Shown here one piece after another: positions 38,976-52,239 of a stretch of 64,000 nucleotides of DNA (position 1 is the stretch's first letter; each line of letters starts with the position of its first letter). This DNA is from Mobula hypostoma. Its lineage: Eukaryota. A model generated the notes under the pieces. That model was not told where the DNA came from. It saw only the letters and a list, made by a program, of their open reading frames with translations, and ran no database searches. The DNA lies in the NCBI RefSeq assembly GCF_963921235.1, contig NC_086099.1, positions 135,904,001-135,968,000 of the forward strand, read 5' to 3'. Both the position numbers and the translations under genes were made by a program.

Positions 38976-39424
38976 ATCAATCTCAAGTTGGTTGTCGTGA
39001 GCTCAGATCAACCAAATACATTTCTGATGGTCTGTGCACAAGTATCAATCCAGTGAAGGAGTTAGTGTGTGCAGGAGAGTGCTTACCTATGCCAGTGCTT
39101 CCTAACTGGATTGGAGGTTATGGCAGAAAATACTGGAGTAGAAGGAACACACAAGAGTGGCGCTGTGTGACTGACAAGACTCGCACCGAGAGAATTCAGC
39201 TCCAGTGCCAGAATGGAGGGACACGAACCTACAAAATCACTATAGTTACTTCTTGCAAGTGCAAGAGATACACACGACAGCACAATGCATCAAGCATTAT
39301 CAACTTCGAGGCCGCATTTCCAGCAAGCAAGAGAAGATCCAGAGGCAAAAAAAAATCTCGTAAGATTCACCAAGAGGAGATCAAACGTAAGAGAAATTGG
39401 CATGAATTGGAAGACAAACAGTGA
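38976..39424 (+). CDS. SOSTDC1: SOSTDC1 exon 2 (cystine knot); spliced protein 223 aa
   Basis: tgtag acceptor in frame with exon 1; QVGCRELRSTKYISDGLCTSINPVKELVCAGEC...PNWIGG...SCKCKRYTRQHN; TGA stop. Confidence 0.98.
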
Positions 39425-39780
39425 TGTTTTTGCACCATGTGAACCATACTATATAAGAATGAACTCCCTATGTTGTTCAGCATACCATCAAACAAGTTTA
39501 TTCCATATTTCCTAGGTATGATTAATTGATTAAAACAAGGATTAGTTTATAGTCCAGCAGGTAAGTATTATCCACCCAGACTCCTGAATGAAACATGTAT
39601 GCTCAGGAACCTGGACACATTAATTAATGTTTTCAATACCATTCCTTATTCTGTACCTTCCGCTTAAAATTATAATAGCAGCACTTTGGATAATAATTAA
39701 GAAAACAAAAACATAATAAGACAGTGAAGAAAAATTAAGTTGTATGACTCAAATTCACAGATTATTACTCCCAATGATTG

Positions 39781-40786
39781 AATAAACCATACTAGGAATT
39801 ACAATTGTTTAAATTTGATCATCAAATTAATTAAAGCAATTTAAGCTATTCAGATAAATACTGTTGGATGGATTTCTAACTAGCCCAGTGCTCCTCACAT
39901 ATTCATCATCATCATTATTACGTGCTGTGTCATATGATGTGGGTGATCATGGTCTTCTACAGAAGAGATTTGCCATTGCCACCTTCTGGGCAGTGTCCTT
40001 ACAAGACGGGTGACCCCAGCCATTATCAATACTCTTCACAGATTGTCTGCCTGGCGTTAGTGGTCACACCAGCTGCACCACCTGCTCCACCTGCTCCACC
40101 TGTTCACATGATCCTTATCGGGGGCTGGGGGGCTCTGCAGGTGTTACACCTTGCCCAAGGGTGACCTGCAGCCTAGCAGAGGGAAGGTGTGCCTTACACC
40201 TCCTTTGGTAGAGACACATCCCAACCCCACCACCCAGCACATATATTAAACACTCTCAAATCTTTCATGTATACAACATTCATCTTTAGTGCAGAAACAG
40301 GAGGTTGCACAAGGGATGAAAGTAATCAAGTCAGGTCAATGATGATAATTCAACTCTTCAAATTCCCAGCAGAAACTTATACCCATTTCTGATCTATGTT
40401 TAGGAAATAAGGTTCATTTTACACAAAGCATGTCAAACTCCAATGATACTTCAACCTTTAAACCTTTAATGTTTATTTAGTATTCAAGGATGATACTGGT
40501 CAATTATCATATTAAATCGAATCAAGGGACAGAGACTTCAACAGTTAAACATGCATTGCTGTATATTTATTGTTTCTCAATGTGATTATTTAATAAATGA
40601 TTGTTTTTGGTTCTAAAGAATTATTAAGGATACGTTTTATAATTTTCCCTTGTATCTGTATTTTCCAAGTCCAATAGTAGCAAATTAGAATACATGTACA
40701 AGTATGTAGTTTGAATTTTGTACAGGTATTGGTTGTACGGTTTATCAGAGTAAACTCTACTTATCTTTACTTAATCAATCAATAAA
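39781..40786 (+). terminator. Candidate SOSTDC1 polyadenylation signals (AATAAA at 39781, 40592, 40781)
   Basis: AATAAA hexamers in AT-rich sequence downstream of the stop; which is used cannot be told from sequence. Confidence 0.45.
39900..40240 (-). mobile_element. Retroposon-like insertion with (ATG)n tail downstream of SOSTDC1 stop
   Basis: GC-richer block in AT-rich DNA beginning with CATCATCATCATTATTA (minus-strand simple-repeat tail). Confidence 0.45.
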
Positions 40787-41199
40787 ATGGAAAGATCTTT
40801 ACCTTCTACCGAACACACTTTTCTGATTTAAGTAGATGTTTTTTGTCTTTTAATGATTGATTCCCGACAACATGTAGAAAACTCATTAATAAAGTCACAG
40901 ATTCTCTGTACTTTTTATTCGTGTATTTATTTGTTGTGTGTACTTGCTGTTGCTCATGGCATTTAAGATACTAAGAGGTGTAGACTAGACTGAACTTCAT
41001 ATTTCATCTTATGAAATCCCAAATTTCAATGGCACGATGGCAGTGCTGAACAAGGTTTTGTGAGGATCAATTATATTTCCTATACTACACATTATCTTGG
41101 ATGACACATGGTAATCTGTTACCAATATTTAACATTAAATTCAAAAAGAGAAATACCAGAGATTTCACAGCTCCACTCACACCTTGTCCTTAACAGTGT

Positions 41200-41520
41200 A
41201 CTGTCGCTGCATTTGCATTGGAATTTGCCCTGCCAAGGTGCAACACCTCACATTTATCTACTCCATTCGCCATTCCTCCGTCCATATCTGCAACTGATCT
41301 ATACTGTGCTGTATTCTTTGCTAGTCTTCTACACTAACCACAACTCCAGTAATCTTGGTATCATCCACAAACTTACTAATCCACCCATCTACATTTTCAT
41401 TCAGGTCTTTTATATATGTCACCAACAGCAGAGGTCCAAGCACAGATCCCTGCACAACACCACTAATTATAGACTTCCAGCTCGAATAGGTCTCTTCGAC
41501 CGCTACCCTCTGAATTCTAT
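41200..41520 (-). mobile_element. CR1 RT fragment
   Basis: [43 protein letters not shown]. Confidence 0.85.
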
Positions 41521-42629
41521 GCACATGACAGCTCTAATTCCAAGCAGCCACTGTTCCGCTCATAGCCTGCTTATGCCCGCTCTTGCTGCCAACTCCCTCT
41601 CCAATTACTGTCCCTCCATTGCTGCTCCACTCTCTGCTCTTTTCTCCACTCATTATCCCACTGCTGTCCCACTGATTCTCACATTGCTCAAGTCACTCCC
41701 TGTCAATGCATCATGTGCATCTCCACCAACTATACATCCATTGTTGCACTCTCTGCCTTCTTGTTGCAGTATTTACTGCCCTCCTGCAGCTCCCTAACAG
41801 TTTTTTTCCCACTCTCTTCTTGCTGCTCCACTCTTTGCATTCTAAATGGTCCACATATTGTAAACATGCTGCTCCTGATTGAACTCACTTACTATTGAAC
41901 TCACTGCTTGACTCACTGTCTCCTGGAGTTCCACTCACACCATTCTTCCTGCCACGTTCATTGTTTGGCTGGTGGCTCCTACAACCCCTGCCACCTCACT
42001 GTTACACATAATGCTCTAAGATGCAGAGGAACTAAGAGTTCTTGTACATAATTTGCTTTTACATTTCCACTTATGAAAATACTCCATCGATATTTGAGGC
42101 TAAGGTTTTGGTTAGTTTATATGAAGCTGGACATCTTCCTGACACTACACTCATGTCTAGAACACCTGGATAACAAAGACACCTACATCAGATGTCTAAT
42201 TAGCTTCACGTTCAACACTATAATTCTAAACAAATTCGTCTTCAAACTCCAAGACTTAGGACTCAGCACCTCCTCTGCAACTGGATCTTGCCCTCTTGAC
42301 CGAGAGACCACAATCAATAAGGACAGGCAACAGCACCTGTGTCACAATTATCAACAGTGGTGTCCTGCAAAGTGGCCAGATTCTCTCCCTACAAGTTTGC
42401 AGAATATATACCACCATTGAGGGCCGAATCTCAAATAATGATGAGATAGAGTAAAGGAAGGAGATGGAGACCCTAGTCACATGCTCTCAAAACAACATTT
42501 TCCTCAATGTCAGCAGAGCAAAAGCGTTAGCCATTGTCTTCCAGACAATGGGCAGAATACATTCCCCTGCCTGTATTAATGGTGCCGAGGAGGAGATGGT
42601 TGAGAACTTCAGGCCCATAACTATAATAT

Positions 42630-43150
42630 CAATAGACAATAGGTGCAGGAGTAGGCCATTTGGCCCTTCGATCACATTCACTGTGAACATGGCTGATCAT
42701 CCACAATCAGTACCCTGTTATTGCCTTATCCCCACATCCCTTGACTCCACTATTTTTAAGAGCTCTATCTAACTCTTTCTTGAAAGCATCCAGAGAATTG
42801 GCCTCCACTGCCTTCTGAGGCAGAGCATTCCACAGATCCACAACTCTCTGGGTGAAAAAATTTTTCCTCAACTCTGTTCTAAATGGCCTACCCATTATTC
42901 TTAAACTGTGGCCTCTGGTCCTAGACTCCCCCAACATCGGGAACATGTTTCTTGCCTCTAGCATGTCCAATCCCTTAATAATCTTATATGTTTCAATCAG
43001 ATCCCCTCTCATCCTTCTAAATTCCAGTGTATACAAGCTCAGTCGCTCCAATCTTTCAACATATAACAGTCCTGCCATCCTGGGAATTAACCTCGTGAAC
43101 CTCTGCTGCACTCCCTCAATAGCAAGAACGTCCTTCCTCAAATTTGGAGA
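42630..43150 (-). mobile_element. CR1 3' end nested in a Rex/Babar fragment (~42140-43600)
   Basis: LRKDVLAIEGVQQRFTRLIP...LRKNFFTQRVVDLWNALPQ. Confidence 0.88.
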
Positions 43151-43468
43151 CCAACAATTTTTTTCTGGTCCATCACCATAAATGCTGTGGTGAAGAAAGC
43201 TGATCACAGCCTGCTTCCTCCGGAGGCTAAGGAAGTTTGGCACGTTCTTGATGACTCTCACCAATTTGAACAAATGCACCATACACAACATCCTATCTGG
43301 ATACGTTACAATTTGCTATGGCAACCGCTTTGCCAAGCATGGGAAGAAATTGTAGAGACTTGTGAATATAGCCTAGTCTATCATGAAAACCAGCTCCACC
43401 TGCACTGACTCTGTTTACACTTCCTGCTGTCTTGGGTAAGCAAGCAACATAATAAAATACCTCATCCA

Positions 43469-43571
43469 ACACACACAAAATGCTGCCTGGCCTGCTATGT
43501 TCCACCAGTATTTTGCGTGTGTTGCTTGAATTTCCAGTATCTGCAGATTTTCTCGTGTTTGCGTTTTTAAG
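43469..43571 (+). mobile_element. 103-bp PLE-terminus fold-back insertion
   Basis: Short inverted ACACACACAAAATGCTG then forward PLE end ...GTGTGTTGCTTGAATTTCCAGTATCTGCAG; 12-bp TSD ATACCTCATCCA at 43457-43468 and 43572-43583. Confidence 0.8.
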
Positions 43572-43934
43572 ATACCTCATCCACCTGTTTGACACGTACC
43601 CATCCGCACCAGCTTCCGAAGTTTAGATGCTGTAACTCCATGGAGTACAGGATAGCTAGTGTGGCCCCTTTAAAGAGTCAGGACAGTCCCACTAATTGGC
43701 AATCATGTTTTGGGTGCCAAGTATTGAGGGCTTAAGAAGTACCTGAACTGAGGTTCAGTTCTCAATCATAAGCCCATTTGTGATTTTGTCTAGTGTCAGT
43801 TTTGCGCTCAGATTCTCGATCAAGTTTCAAACCATGTCTCAACCCTAGCCTCAGATACTCCAGCTTTTGGGTCCAAGCCATTGTCTCTTCTCCCAATTTC
43901 TATTGGGCAGAAGATGAAAACTCAGGCCACCAAG

Positions 43935-46865
43935 CTCCGGAATGATAGTGCTGAGGAAGGGGAATTAAGAAATAAATCAAAGGTAGCATGCAACAGAGAT
44001 AATAGGAAGGACAGGCAAGAGATGAAGCATAACAACAGCCAGTGGGATGATTACAACAGAAAGCAAAAAATACTGGTCTGAAAGTGTTATATTTGAATGC
44101 ATGCAGCATAAGAAATAAAATGGACGATCTTGAAATTCAGGGACAGATTGGCAAGCATGATGTTATGGCCCTTTCCGAAACTTGTCTGCCATTGGGAGCT
44201 GAATGTCCAAGGATATGCGGTGTATCGGAAAGATAGTTTAGTAGGCAGAGGGGGAGGCGTGGCCCTGTGTATAAAAATAATATTAAATCATTAGGAAGGG
44301 ATGACATAGGATCAAAAGTTGTAGTGTCTTTATGGGCTGAGTTAAGAAATGGCAAGGTTAAAAGGACACTAATGGTAGTTCTATGCAAGCCTCCAAATAG
44401 CAGCCGGGATGTGGATTACAAATTACAGCAGGAGATAGAAAAGGCATGTCAGAAGGGCAATGCAATGATAATCGTTGGGGATTTTAACATGAAAGTGGAT
44501 TGGGAAAACTAGGCCAGTACTGGACCTCAAGAGAGAGAATTTGTAGAATGTCTAAGGGATGGCTTTTTCGAACAGCTTGTTGTTGAGCCCATTAGGGGGG
44601 TTCAGCTGTGCTGGATTGGGTGTTGTGCAATGATCTGGAGCTGATAAGAGAGCTTAGGGTTAAGGAAACCTGAGGGAACAATGACCACAATATGATCGAG
44701 TTCACTTTGAAATCTGAGAAGCAGAATTCAAATTCCAATGTGTCGGTATTTCAGTGGAATAAAGGAAATTACAATGGCATGAGAGGGGAAATGGCCAAGG
44801 ATGACTGGAAAGGGACACTAGCAGGAAAGACAGCAAAGCAGCAATGGCTGGAATTTCTGCAAAAAATGAGGGAAGTGCAAAACAGATATATTCCAAATAA
44901 GAAGAAATTTTTGAATGGAAGAAGGACACTACTGTGGCTGACAAGTGAAGTCAGAGCCAAATTAAAAGCAAAAGAGAGGGCATACAAGGAAGCCAAAGCT
45001 AGTGGGGAAATATAAGTTTGGGAAGCTTTTAATAACTTGCAGAAGGAAACTAAGAAGGTCATTAGGAAGGAAAAGATGAATTATGAAAGGGAGCTGGTGA
45101 CTAATATCAAAAAAGATACTAAAAAGTTTTTTTAATATATAAAGGGTAAAAGAGAATTGAGGATAGATCTAGGACCAATAGAAAATGACGCTGGAGATAT
45201 TGTAATGAGAGATGCAGAGATGGCAGAAGAACTGAATGTGTATTTTGTATCAGTCTGCACAGTGGAAGACATCTGCAGTATACCGGACATTCAAGAATGT
45301 CGGGAAAGTGACGTAAGTGCAGCGAAAATTACAACTGAGAAGGTGCTCAGGAAACTTAATGGTCTGAGGGTAGATAAATCTCCTGGACCTGGTGGAATGC
45401 ACCCTTGGGTTGCTGAGGCATTAACAATGATCTTTCAAGAATTTAAGAAGGGTGCGAGGCTGCAGAAAGGAAACTGTAGACCTGCTAGCCTGACATCAGT
45501 GGTTGGGAAGTTGTTGGAATCGATTGTTAGGGATGAGATTACGGAATACCTGGAGGCACATGACAAGATAGACCAAAGCCAGCATGGTTTCCTGAAAGGA
45601 AAATCCTGCCTGACTAACCTACTGCAAATTTTTGAAGAAATTACAAGCAGGGTAGACAAAGAAGATGCAGTAGATGTAGTGTACTTGGATTTTCAGGAGG
45701 CCTTTCACAAGGTGCCACAGATGAGGCTGCTTAGCAAGATAAGAGCCCATGGAATTACAGGGAAGTTACTAGCATGAGTGGAGCATTGGCTGATCGGCAG
45801 AAAACAGAGAGTGGGAATAAGGTGATCCTATTCTGGCTGGCTGCCGGTTACCAGTGGAGTTCCACAGGGGCTGGTGTTGGGACCGATGATCTTATGAAGT
45901 ATGTCAATGATTTGAACTTTGGAATTAATCGATTTGTGATTAATTTGCCAATGATACAAACCTAGGTGGAGGAGCAGGTAGTTTTGAGGAAATAGAGTGC
46001 CTGCAGAGAGACTTAGATAGTTTAGGGGAATGGGCAAAGAAGTAGCAAATGAAATGCAATGTTGGAAAGTGTGTGGTCATGCACTTTGCTGGAGGAAATA
46101 AATGGGCAGACTATTATTTAGATAGGGAGAGCATTCAAAATGCAGAGATGCAAAGGGACTTGGGAGTCTTTGTGCAGGATACCCTAAAGGTTAACCTCCA
46201 GGCTGAGTCGGTGGTGCAGAAGGCAAATGTAATGTTGGCATTCATTTCTAGACATATAGTATATAAGAGCAGGGATGTGGTGTTGAGGCTCTAAGGCACT
46301 CGTGAGACCACACTTGGAGTATTGTGTGCAATTTTGGGCTCCTTTACTGACATTGGAGATGGTTCAGAGAGGGTTCACGAGAATGATTCCAGGAATGAAA
46401 GGGTTGCCGTATGAGGAACGTCTGGCAGCTCTTGGGCTGTATTCCCTGGAGTTCAGGAGAATGAGGGGGTATCTCATAGAAACATTCTGAATGTTAAAAT
46501 GCCTGAACAGATTCGATATAGCTAAGTTATTTCCCATGGTAGGGGAGTCTAGGACAAGAGGGCACGCCTTCAGGATTTAAGGACGTCCATTTAGATCTGA
46601 GATGCGGAGAAATTACTTTAGTCAGAGTGTGGTAAATTTGTGGAATTTGTTGCCATGAGGGGCTGTGGAGGCCACGTCATTGGTGTATTTAAGGCATTGA
46701 TGGATAGGTTCTTGATTAGCCAGGGCATCAAAGGCTATGGGAAGAAGGCAGGGGAGTGGGGATGACCGGAAGAATTGGATCAGCCTATGATTGAATGGCA
46801 GAGCAGACTCGATGGGCCGAATGGCCTACTTCTGATCCTGTATCTTATGGTCTTATGGTCTTATG
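43935..46865 (+). mobile_element. CR1 LINE ORF2 (APE endonuclease plus RT), disrupted, with complete 3' end
   Basis: LKVLYLNACSIRNK, IIVGDFNM, SQHGFLKGKSCLTNLL, VDVVYLDFQEAFHKVP, (TCTTATGG)n tail. Confidence 0.93.
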
Positions 46866-46999
46866 ACCCCAGAACTGCTTCTATCCCACTGTTATATGAT
46901 TATTGATCTCACACTCTACCTTGTCATGGACCTTGCACTTTGTTTGCCAATCTCTACTGCACTTTCTCTATAATTGTAACTTTATGTACTTAATTGGGG

Positions 47000-47550
47000 G
47001 ACCAATTCATCCATCAAAAGTGGAAATTCCTGGTGGCCAAATATTTGAACTTCCATTCCCATTCTCGTTCTGACATGTCGGTCTTGGCTTTCTCTTGTGC
47101 TAAGATGAGGCCACCCTCAGAGTGAAGGAGCAACACCTTATATTCCATCTGGGTAGCCTCCAACCTGATGGCATGAACATTGATTTCTCCCACCAGTAAT
47201 TTATTTTCTTTCCCCCTCCCCTTTTTTCTATTCCCGACTCTGGCCTTTTATTTCTTCTCAGCTGCCTATCACTATGACCTGGGTCCCCTCCACCTTCCCT
47301 TTTTCCTATGGTCCACTTGCCTCTCCTATCAGATTCCTTCTTCTCCAGCCCTTTACCTTTCCCACCCACCTGGCTTCACCTATTACTTTCCAGTTAGCCT
47401 CCTTTCCCTCCCCCAGCTTTTTATTCCGGCATTTTCGCTCTTCCTGTACAGTCCTGAAGATGGGACTCAACTCAAAATATCAACTGTTTATTCATTTCCA
47501 TAGATGCTGCCTGGCCTGCAGAGTCCCTCCAGCATTTTGTGGGTGTTGCT
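47000..47550 (+). mobile_element. Penelope-like 3' fragment
   Basis: DEATLRVKEQHLIFHLGSLQPDGMNIDFS; degenerate CAGTCCTGAAGA hammerhead-type motif near 47450. Confidence 0.8.
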
Positions 47551-47714
47551 CTACATATTTGTTTATCCTTTTGAACTTCTTGATGAATTTATGTTTGGAA
47601 TAATCTGTCTGATTGGTATGCAAAACAATGCTTTTGATGTTATCTTGGTATATGTGGCTGTAATGATCTTCAGATGAGCAGACCCAGGTGCAGAGTAAAC
47701 TCAGGACTCGATAG

Positions 47715-47952
47715 TAGAAATATAGAAACATAGAAAATAGGTGCAGGAGTAGGCTATTCGGCCCTTTGAGCCTGCACTGCCATTCAGTATGATCATGGCT
47801 GATCATCCAACTCAGAACCCTGTACCTGCCTTCTCTCCATACCCCCTGATCCCTTTAGCCACAAGGGCCATATCTAACTCCCTCTTAACTATAGCCAATT
47901 AACTGGCCTCAACTGTTTCCTGTGGCAGAGAATTCCACAGATTCACCACTCT
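47715..47952 (-). mobile_element. CR1 3' end
   Basis: AGAAACATAGAAAATAGG tail complement; GCAGAGAATTCCACAGATTCACCACTCT (RVVNLWNSLP on the minus strand). Confidence 0.8.
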
Positions 47953-48339
47953 GAAATGAGAAATTAATGATGAAGATTTTGTTGGCAAATAATACAAGGA
48001 ATAATCAAACTTATAGCTCACTTACTCAGGACTTGAGCACACAGAATGGTAATTCACACAGAACTCAAATCGAGGACTCAGCGATGAGAGATGGATCAGG
48101 ATACCTTTAAATATAGCATAATACATAGGAAACCCATGTGGGCCGAAATAAAAAAACGATTCACTTAAGAACGAGTTTATTAAATAGTATTCATTAAAAT
48201 CCTATTGTAATCCATCCTCACTTTTATATATAAGTATACCTTGAGCTTGATGCATTCTGCAAACTATGAAATTTAATTCCTGATATAATTTTTTTATATG
48301 AAGGGTGAAAGGGAGTGAGCCTACCCACAATCCTGGCAG

Positions 48340-49300
48340 TCAACCACATCACACCTTTTGTCATTTATCAACCACATCCACCTTTATCATTTTCATTGCT
48401 TAAGGGCAGGTTGCTGGGGCCTGATACATGAGCGGTTTTGGTAGACCAACCCCGGTTCTTGTAGAGAGGTGACTACCTTATCCAGAGTCTTCCTCACTAC
48501 CTCCTGTGAGGGTACCTGTAGCTGCACACTACCTACATAGATGCTTACAGACACGGTGGGGTCTAACTGTATCCCCTGTAGGTCTTAGGCAAGCATGCCA
48601 TGGCATAAAATGGGATTTTAGACATATAGTACTCCAGGGGGAGGCAGCAAAATGTGTACTGTCTACCCACTCAGGTAAAAGCAGAGTCCTGTGACTCTGG
48701 ATTTAGGGAGATGGAGAAGGTGACATTGGCCAGGTCCGCTACGGCATAAAAATACTTCCCCTCCTTACCCCCTATATCCTCAACACGGGTCACTACAGCC
48801 GGGACAGCTGCTACGAAGGGTGGTGCGTAGTTGTTCAACTCTCTATAATTGATGGTCATGGAGCACGTGCCATCCCCCTTCAGCACCAGGCAAATTGGAC
48901 TATTGTTAAGCTTGTGCCCAGGCGTCTTTAGATAGGGAGCATACAGTCATGATGGGTACAGTGTGGGATTTCTGGGAAAGGTGGGCCCCCCAGGAAATTG
49001 ACTGTTTTATAGATAGTAATAATCATTTTTAATTTGAATTTGTTCACTTCCTTGTAAATACTTGATGTTTGTGTTTTGTGCATTTTTGTGTGAATAAACT
49101 TTTGTAGTTCTGTTAAAGAAAACCTAGAAGTTGCAGAGCAGATGACCTCATCCTGCAACAGGTCCTGCACAGTTTCCCCAATCTCCTGGTGGCTCCCTAG
49201 ATCATATAGGCTTCTGCCTATTGTCTTCCGGCACCTTGAGGTCATCAACCATTGCTGTGGCACCAAATGGCAGCCAGTGGAGGTACTGTAATGCTTCCTA
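48340..49300 (-). mobile_element. Degenerate retroviral-like (class III/ERV-L-type) or LTR-element RT remnant
   Basis: NNSPICLVLKGDGTCSMTINYRELN...VADLANVTFSISLNPESQDSAFT*VGRQYTF resembles DLANAFFSIP..ESQDQFAFTW.GRQYTF of class III retroviral RT. Confidence 0.55.
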
Positions 49301-50089
49301 AAAGGGCCGATTCCTAGCTAGCACGGGGGAGCAGCTTTCAATAAGCAGGTAAAATTAACAGTTACTGCAACACTCCAACAAAGAGCTAACATGACAGATT
49401 AAACGTCCTCATTCTATGCACATGATTGTTTCCAATACTTCACTGATATTTATGCGATGTGAATACTCTAATTGCACTTTACTTAAGAACACGGAAAAGT
49501 ATTCTTGATCACATGAGGTTAAAAAAAATTGATAGATTGTTTGTGAGTTTTAAAAAATAAATTACTTAAATGTCAAGAAGAAACACTTTATCAAATTAAT
49601 TTTATTCTCCTTCACTTGTTTTCTTTACAGTTACAAAATGTGTACATTGTTACTTCCAACACATGCAAGATGCAATGAAACACAAATAGAACAGAGGGGA
49701 GACTAGAACAAACCTTTACAAAAGAAATAACAAACAAATTCTTTGTTTGCAAAGACTTCTTGGGCTTATGACCATGTGCCCCCAACTTCTGACGATGCAC
49801 AGAAAACAGAAAACAAAAGGAAAAAAATCATGTCCATGTTAAGCTACTAAAGGATGCGAACGATATCCTGAAAAGTAACAGAAGAAATATTAAATGTAAC
49901 ACACAAAATGCTGGAGAAATTCAGAAATTCAGCACGTCAGGTATCATCTATGGGAAGGAACAGAGTCAATGTTTCAGGGCGAAAACCGTCATCAGAACTA
50001 CTTTAATGATCTGAACTATATGTGGTTGAAGAACAGATAGGAGAAGCAACTTTCTAAAAAATATAAAGAAAAGCAAATAGTTCTAAAAA

Positions 50090-50900
50090 AAAAGTGATGA
50101 GCAGCTAGTGTGATTTCTTTATTTAAAGGTGGGTTAGAATTCACGGAACAAAAGACAAATGTCAGTGGTAGGACAAATAATAGAGCCCTTTCTCAAACGA
50201 TTAATGGAAAAAAAATATAATTCAGATTTAATCTAATAATTTTGCAAAAATCCAAAGAGAATATTAGAGAAAAACAACATTGAATTCTTTGAAAAAAAAA
50301 CAGAAGCAACAGTGAACATGAACATTGCATTGGATGTGATCTAAAAGTCTTTTAATAACATATATGATGGTTGACCCAGTAAAAAGTTCAAAACAAGAAG
50401 ATGGTGAGAAGTCATTAAGGACAACTGCAACCTGCCCTTCAGCAATGGAAGTGCTAAAGGTGGATACTTACATTGTCAAGAAGTGTGATGTGGTTGACGA
50501 CAAGGGTGGTGGGTAGGTTCACTGCTGTTTACCTTTCATATAAACAATTTTTAATAGGAATGCAATTCCATAATTTGCAGATTGCATCAAACTGAAGGTC
50601 TAGTTATATAAAAGTTTGGACAGGTTACAACAGGACTTTAATAAAAGTGCCAAATTGTAAAAAAAAACCCTGCAATTATGGCAAGAACGTGGTCGTAAGA
50701 ACCAAGAGGCCACAAAATCCTCACAGACTAGATGTCTAAATTGAGAAATGGAACTGACGGATTAGGAAGTGTATATACATAAACTGATAAATTTAAAAAA
50801 AAATCAAACATGCAACATTCCAGGATTTGCTTTTAAAAAGGCAGAATCAAAAGGCAGAAAAACTACACTGGACATGAAAAAAATTTAATATTTCTTGTAG
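50090..50900 (+). mobile_element. Highly decayed CR1 RT remnant
   Basis: Residual IEFFE, LDVI*KSFN, GSLLFTFHINN and FADCIKL motifs in CR1 order. Confidence 0.45.
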
Positions 50901-52239
50901 GGCATAGAGAAAATCTACTTGTGTAGACGTCTCAGTGATTTGTTTTAGTTGTGACAGTTTTTTTTTGCTTTTCGGATATCCAGCTGACCGACAAAACATT
51001 ACATTAAGATATAGCTCAATGGCTTTGTAAGACTATGTGAAAAATTGGACAATGAATAATTCTATTGTTAGATGTCTTTCATAATTTTCAAAGAGGTTTA
51101 ATATTTCATGGTAATTTGTAGGAAACATAGCCTAGAGTGATGATCTTTAAGGCGTATATGACTTCCAGATATTTTCAGTATCTTTGCCCAATAGTATCAC
51201 TGTCACTTCTACATACTCACTCAATGTTGAAATTTGTACATACATCTTGCATTTGACATCTATAAAATAAGCAGGTTTTGATCCATTTGTTTAAAAACAA
51301 TGAACAACATGTAGTCTTGGTAAAATTAGATTCTGAGTGACTGGCAACATCCTAAAATGTAATACAACTGAACCATTTATAATAGTCTTCTGTCAATAAA
51401 TTATACATTGTAGTTCCAATCTACAGTTGTACTGCTCATTTTATTCAAAGTAGATATTAAATCCATGGCTACGGAAATTGTAATGTATTCATCCTATATC
51501 AAATAACATATTAGGTTTAGAATCACAGAGACATCTGTGGTGCAGCATTTGCTTTGATAAGTAGTGGGACACATTCTACTAATAATATCTTTGACTATGA
51601 AAGATGTTCTTTATTTTAAGGAAATGTATGATAATAAGATACTTAAATATTTAAACTGTCCTGGCCTTTGTCAGATAAAGTGCTGCCCTAAGTAAAAAAT
51701 CCTCTTGGTATTCCAAAACCAGACCCCTTCTATTATGTTTAGCTGTGGAATTAAATAGAATGAGTGGCTTTAGAATTATGAATCACATTTTTTTACAAAG
51801 TTTTTATTAAACAGCATAAGATATTGGTGACTTCAGTCCAAAACAAAGCTGGAAGCAGGGAAACTCAATTACTGCTAGGTTGAGATCTAATCTTTAAGCA
51901 GGTGGTTTGGTAAGTCACAAGTACCAGGCACCTCCAAAATTCACTGGGCTTGGTAACCAGAGAGTGGGATAAAAACTGAAAATGCTGGAAACATACACTA
52001 AGTCAGACAGCATATACAGAAAGAAAAACAGACTTAATGTTTCAAGTCAAAGTCCCTTCATTAGACCTAAAAAAGCGACAAGTTAGTTTTAGAACTTCCA
52101 TCACAAAACTTTCTCCCATTGATCTTAAGCTCTGTTGCTGCAGAGAAATATTTCAATAGTCTATAGAAAAGATCTACAGTTAATGTAGCAATGTATAGGT
52201 GTGTATTTCAAAAGGTTTTGTTGCGGTCTGCAAGAGCAC

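Noticed and set aside
41108-41797. 229-aa ORF
   Set aside because: Antisense to a CR1 RT fragment plus low-complexity CT-rich sequence; no domain signal
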